A stretch of DNA of 64,000 bases. Source: Macrostomum hystrix. Lineage: Eukaryota > Animalia > Platyhelminthes. Position numbers and translations under genes: made by a program. Positions 59,136 to 64,000 of this stretch are shown here, one piece after another. Numbering within the stretch: the stretch's first letter is position 1; every line of letters starts with the position of its first letter. The notes under the pieces are model-generated. The model was not told the origin of the DNA and did not search any database. It was given only the letters and a program-made list of their open reading frames with translations. The stretch is taken from contig CATNEN010000039.1 of NCBI GenBank assembly GCA_950097015.1, forward strand, positions 18,042,001 to 18,106,000. The letters run 5' to 3'.

Positions 59136-59849
59136 TAGGTTAATTTAGGTTCCAATATGTATTCCAGTCGTATGATTCGCAGATTAGTATCGGACTCAAT
59201 CTTTGGGCTCAAATATACATATCGGCGAGGTCTAAGTGTTTTGAATTACAGTCGCGGCGAGGCAAAAAAAACTTATGCGCGCATTTTTTGCAAAAAAAAT
59301 TGAAATTCACATCGTGCTAATTAAAAAAGACTACGATTTGAGAATTAAAATTTGGGTATATACCAGACATTCTGCGAGAAAGTGATCACAATTCAGCAGC
59401 CAATGAGATGCAGGCATTTAACGAAGTTCACTGATTGGCTTGTAGCTCAAGATTCCTTACCATTTTAGGAGCCGGCATAGCAAGCGCATAGGTATCAGAG
59501 CTGAACTTGGCCTATAATATCTAATAAAATAGGCGCTTGAAAACTTATTTTACGACTAAAAGTTTAAACGTTTCACTTTCCACATAAAAGCAAAAAAACC
59601 TGACCAAAACTGAGCGTTAGCTGACTACGGAAAAGCGTCACGAATCTACCAAAATTTAATGTTAAATTAAAATAGAAAAGGCATCAACCCAGTCACTTGC
59701 CACACACACCCAGACATTACTGTCTAAATACAGAGAGACAGCTTCGACAATCTAGTGAGAAGCTACTCGTCAGCTAACTTAAAAAGCGTCGTGAATTTTT
59801 TAGTAAGCGTCGCCAACCTTCTGTTAACGGCGTCGTCAACGTTTTTAGG

Positions 59850-59975
59850 AAGCATTGTTAAATTTCTTAGAAAGTCGTGAACCTTCTTAGAAAGCGTCGT
59901 GAACCTTCTTAGAAAGCGTCGTGAACACCTTCTTAGAAAGCGTCGTCAACTTTCTTAGAAAGCGGCGTGAACCTA
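59850..59975. repeat. ~22-bp short tandem repeat (GTGAACCTTCTTAGAAAGCGTC) just upstream of the EF-hand gene
   Basis: About 5 imperfect units. Confidence 0.8.
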
Positions 59976-60065
59976 AGCCGCTACAAAACTATCCGGAAAG
60001 CTTTATCGTGAGTTACGAAAACATTTAGCAAATCGATAATCAGTCAACTCTGACGAAGCAGCGGA

Positions 60066-60539
60066 ATGGCAAGTCGCGCTGCACCCAACGAACTGGACGC
60101 CGAAACCATTGGCTTCCTGATGGAGGCCAGCCGGCTCAGTGCCGACGAGCTGCGCTTGCGCTACGCCGAGTTCAAGGAGACCCAGCCGGGCGGCCGAACG
60201 TCCGACTTCATGGCGTTCATCGCGCGCAGTCAAAGCTCCAATGCTCGACTGCGCAAGCAAGCGCAGCAGTTCTTTGACCTGTTCGACAGCAACCGAGATC
60301 GCAGCATCTCCAAGGACGAAGTGCTGATTGTGATGCACACCGTGTTCCAGACTGCTCGCGATCGCGGAGTCCAGCTCAACAAAAGTCCTCAGGCCGTCTG
60401 CGATGAATTCTTCAATAAGCTGGACGCCGATGGCAACTGCGAGATCTCCGAGGAAGAGTTCGTTCAGGGCGTCCTGACGGATCCTGACCTGCTGAAGATT
60501 CTTCAGAATCCCGAGGTGATGAACACACTTATGAGCTAG
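60066..60539 (+). CDS. Intronless EF-hand Ca2+-binding protein, neuronal calcium sensor (recoverin/frequenin)-like, 157 aa
   Basis: EF loops DSNRDRSISKDE and DADGNCEISEEE; NCS-like N-terminus (L.EASRLSADEL...Y.EF....PGG) and tail (EEFVQGVLTDPDLLKIL); GC-rich coding-like composition. Confidence 0.85.
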   Translation: MASRAAPNELDAETIGFLMEASRLSADELRLRYAEFKETQPGGRTSDFMAFIARSQSSNARLRKQAQQFFDLFDSNRDRSISKDEVLIVMHTVFQTARDRGVQLNKSPQAVCDEFFNKLDADGNCEISEEEFVQGVLTDPDLLKILQNPEVMNTLMS

Positions 60540-61424
60540 GTTTTGGTTGTGTTACTTCTTTGAGTGAGAGTGAACACTAGGCAAGCATTTCTGCTAGATA
60601 GAGATCGATGAACTTGCTTATTATATAAACCTATAAAGTTCATTTTCGTTCGTAAAGGACGGCGTGAATTTATAATAGCCGGTAGGATCGACAGAAAATC
60701 GTCAGTATTAAAAATAATGAATCGTAAAAAACATTTTTTTAAATTTACGTCTAATTCGATTAGTCGCCTAGGATTAGGAAATAATCATTATTACAGGCAA
60801 TAGTTATGCATTCCAATTTGTTGAGTCCTCTATAATGTCTCCTAAAAATTAATTAATATTTTCAAAGATAATTGTCGCTTTTATAATCGGGGTAATAATA
60901 TTGTACTTTTTGTTTACTAAAACTATTAAAACGATATGTGCAACGATTTTTTCTTAACTATCTCTTTTTACCATGTTAAGTTACGTTATATGTAATGCAG
61001 AAACGCACAATAAAGAGATTAATCAAAGTCACGAGCCTGTCCTTATTCTTCATCCTTAGGCTCGATTTGCCACTCTGCCGTTCAATCTATGTTCTGATAG
61101 TAGTGTGATATTAGATGTGTTATGAGAGTCCGTCCAATAGTGATGGAGTGTGTAATAACTAATAGAGCTGTTATTAATATTTGTCACGCCTGTACAACTG
61201 TTTGCAAGTTTGTTACACTCAGTCCAAATAGTAGCTAAAATAGTGCAGATGCATGTTAATGAGAGCATCAGTGTTGTTGTTGCTACACATATAACACTGA
61301 TGGATTTTATTCGGTACAGCAGGGATAAATACTTATAATACGAGCGTAGTGACATGTAGTCAGTGAAGGATATTTTGGACTTTATTTGCCGTCATTCGGT
61401 TATTACGAATTCAATCATTATTCT

Positions 61425-63030
61425 CAGATAATTCAGTCATTATCCTCCGATCATTCACTGCGATAATTCAGTCATTATCCTCCGATCATTCACTGCGATA
61501 ATTCAGTCATTATCATCCGATCATTCACTGCGATAATTCAGTCATTATCCTCCGATCATTCACTCCGATCATTCAGTCATTATCCTCCGATCATTCACTG
61601 CGATAATTCAGTCATTATCCTCCGATCATTCACTCCGATCATTCAGTCATTATCCTCCGATCATTCACTGCGATTATCCTCCGATCATTCAGTCATTATC
61701 CTCCGATCATTCACTCCGATCATTCAGTCATTATCCTCCGATCATTCACTGCGATTATCCTCCGATCATTCAGTCATTATCCTCCGATCATTCACTCCGA
61801 TTATCCTCCGATCATTCACTCCGATTATTCAGTCATTATCCTCCGATCATTCACTCCGATCATTCAGTCATTATCCTCCGATCATTCACTGCGATAATTC
61901 AGTCATTATCCTCCGATCATTCACTGCGATAATTCAGTCATTATCCTCCGATCATTCACTGCGATAATTCAGTCATTATCCTCCGATCATTCACTCCGAT
62001 CATTCAGTCATTATCCTCCGATCATTCACTCCGATCATTCAGTCATTATCCTCCGATCATTCACTGCGATTATCCTCCGATCATTCAGTCATTATCCTCC
62101 GATCATTCACTCCGATTATCCTCCGATCATTCAATCCGATCATTCAGTCATTATCCTCCGATCATTCACTCCGATCATTCAGTCATTATCCTCCGATCAT
62201 TCACTCCGATCATTCAGTCATTACCCTCCGATCATTCACTCCGATCATTCAGTCATTATCCTCCGATCATTCACTCCGATCATTCAGTCATTATCCTCCG
62301 ATCATTCACTCCGATTATTCAGTCATTATCCTCCGATCATTCAGTCATTATTCTCCGATCATTCACTCCGATTATCCTCCGATCATTCACTCCGATCATT
62401 CAGTCATTATCCTCCGATCATTCACTCCGATCATTCAGTCATTATCCTCCGATCATTTACTCCGATCATTCAGTCATTATCCTCCGATCATTCAGTCATT
62501 ATCCTCCGATCATTCAGTCATTATCCTCCGATCATTCAGTCATTATCCTCCGATCATTCAGTCATTATCCTCCGATCATTCAGTCATTATCCTCCGATCA
62601 TTCAGTCATTATCCTCCGATCATTCAGTCATTATCCTCCGATCATTCACTCCGATTATCCTCCGATCATTCACTCCGATCATTCAGTCATTATCCTCCGA
62701 TCATTCACTCCGATTATTCAGTCATTATCCTCCGATCATTCAGTCATTATTCTCCGATCATTCACTCCGATTATCCTCCGATCATTCACTCCGATCATTC
62801 AGTCATTATCCTCCGATCATTTACTCCGATCATTCAGTCATTATCCTCCGATCATTCAGTCATTATCCTCCGATCATTCAGTCCTTATCCTCCGATCATT
62901 CAGTCATTATCCTCCGATCATTCAGTCATTATCCTCCGATCATTCAGTCATTATCCTCCGATCATTCAGTCATTATCCTCCGATCATTCAGTCATTATCC
63001 TCCGATCATTCAGTCATTATCCTCCGATAA
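61425..63030. repeat. compound minisatellite built from TCATTATCCTCCGATCATTCAG and TCATTCACTCCGA modules
   Basis: About 1.6 kb of mixed 22/35-bp units. Confidence 0.96.
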
Positions 63031-63084
63031 TACAGCCTCCTTCCATTCAAGTGTGTAACACTAAGCCAGAAAAGATAGACAGAA

Positions 63085-63205
63085 ATCTCACGTTGCACAC
63101 TTGGCTAAGTCGGTGAGTGGCACAACAGCAGCTATTAACTAGCTGAGAATCGAACCCCCGACCTCCTAGTAAGAAGTACCAAGCTTTAACAACTGGTCTA
63201 CAAGC
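63085..63205 (-). mobile_element. tRNA-like SINE head or tRNA pseudogene
   Basis: Minus strand TGTAGACCAGTTGTTAAAG...GGGGGTTCGATTCTC (A/B boxes); no clean cloverleaf seen. Confidence 0.55.
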
Positions 63206-63689
63206 TTCACTAAGCCATAATAAAAGTCGCAGACTTTTAGTTGCTACCCATATCATATCCTAGCTACATAGACATGAATGGGTCTTAACTAGACACAGCT
63301 TCATCAATAGTTGAGCTCAATGCTGGAGTCAGGCCTAGATAGACAGACACAGAAACAGGATTCCTCACCAACCTAACAGACAGACAGAGCCCCTCTCCTC
63401 CTTGCGTGATTAAAGGTGAACACGATCCGTTAGAAATATTCTTGCATTCTCGTATTGCACCAATCTCTCTCATAGCGGGCTTTTTCATTCCCAAAGGAAT
63501 CCGATTTTCCTGTCATATACTGCAAATTCCTGAGCTGCTTCGATAATCGATAAACAGGGCTCGAGATGCTACCAGGGCAGCAAGATAGTCATGGCTGCCC
63601 TGGGATCAAGAACAGTGGTCGTCAGGCAGCTCATTTGCTTCCCTGGCGATGATAGAAAAATGAAGATGCGACCGATTGAAAGAGAATAT

Positions 63690-64000
63690 AGATGAGAAAG
63701 GGGAGAGATGAGACAGTAGAGAGATGAGACAGGGAGAGATGAGACTGGGGAGAGATGAGACAGTAGAGAGATGAGACTGGAAGGATGAGACAGCAAAGAG
63801 ATGGGACGGGAAGAATGAGACAGGGGAGAGATGAGACAGGAGAGAGATGAGACAGGAGAGAGATGAGACAGGGGAGAGGTGAGACAGGGGAGAGATGAGA
63901 CACAGGAGAGATGAGACAGACAGGGGAGAGATGAGACAGGGGAGAGTTGAGACAGTAGAGAGATGTGACGGGAAGGATGAGACAGCAGAGAGATGAGACG
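63690..64000. repeat. degenerate GAGATGAGACAG purine-rich minisatellite (runs off the window)
   Basis: Same motif as 51590-52625. Confidence 0.9.

Noticed and set aside
61056-63645. Possible minus-strand exons (61056-61355, ~63400-63510, ~63572-63641)
   Set aside because: Some splice-like signals exist, but there is no recognisable domain or consistent frame; cannot be supported without transcripts.

Overview
This is eukaryotic (animal) genomic DNA, not prokaryotic. It has GC-rich spliced exons, AT-rich introns packed with minisatellites, and many transposons; the style resembles a free-living flatworm such as Macrostomum, but that is an inference. Host genes: the 3' exons of a hillarin/KY-like Ig-repeat protein (+), a complete ZnT/SLC30 zinc transporter with a GC-AG intron (-), a TTLL3/8-type tubulin glycylase spread over about 18 kb (+), and an intronless NCS-like EF-hand protein (+). 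The standout is a 3-exon gene (21179-25993, about 1216 aa) that fuses 17 near-identical ankyrin repeats to a Mab-21/cGAS-like nucleotidyltransferase with intact catalytic motifs. The repeats vary mainly at predicted ligand-binding positions and are shuffled as modules, so this is a candidate variable-specificity cGLR innate-immune receptor; a relic of a paralogue lies 4 kb downstream. Mobile DNA: a full-length RTE-like LINE with a 17-bp array in its 5' UTR, an intact Gypsy element, an internally deleted Gypsy with identical LTRs, a truncated Gypsy integrase plus LTR, a Tc1-derived MITE, a 48-bp hAT-like element and several tRNA-derived SINEs (one family with a CORE-like domain). No CRISPR, rRNA or clear functional tRNA genes were seen. 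Exon boundaries were read by eye and need transcript confirmation.
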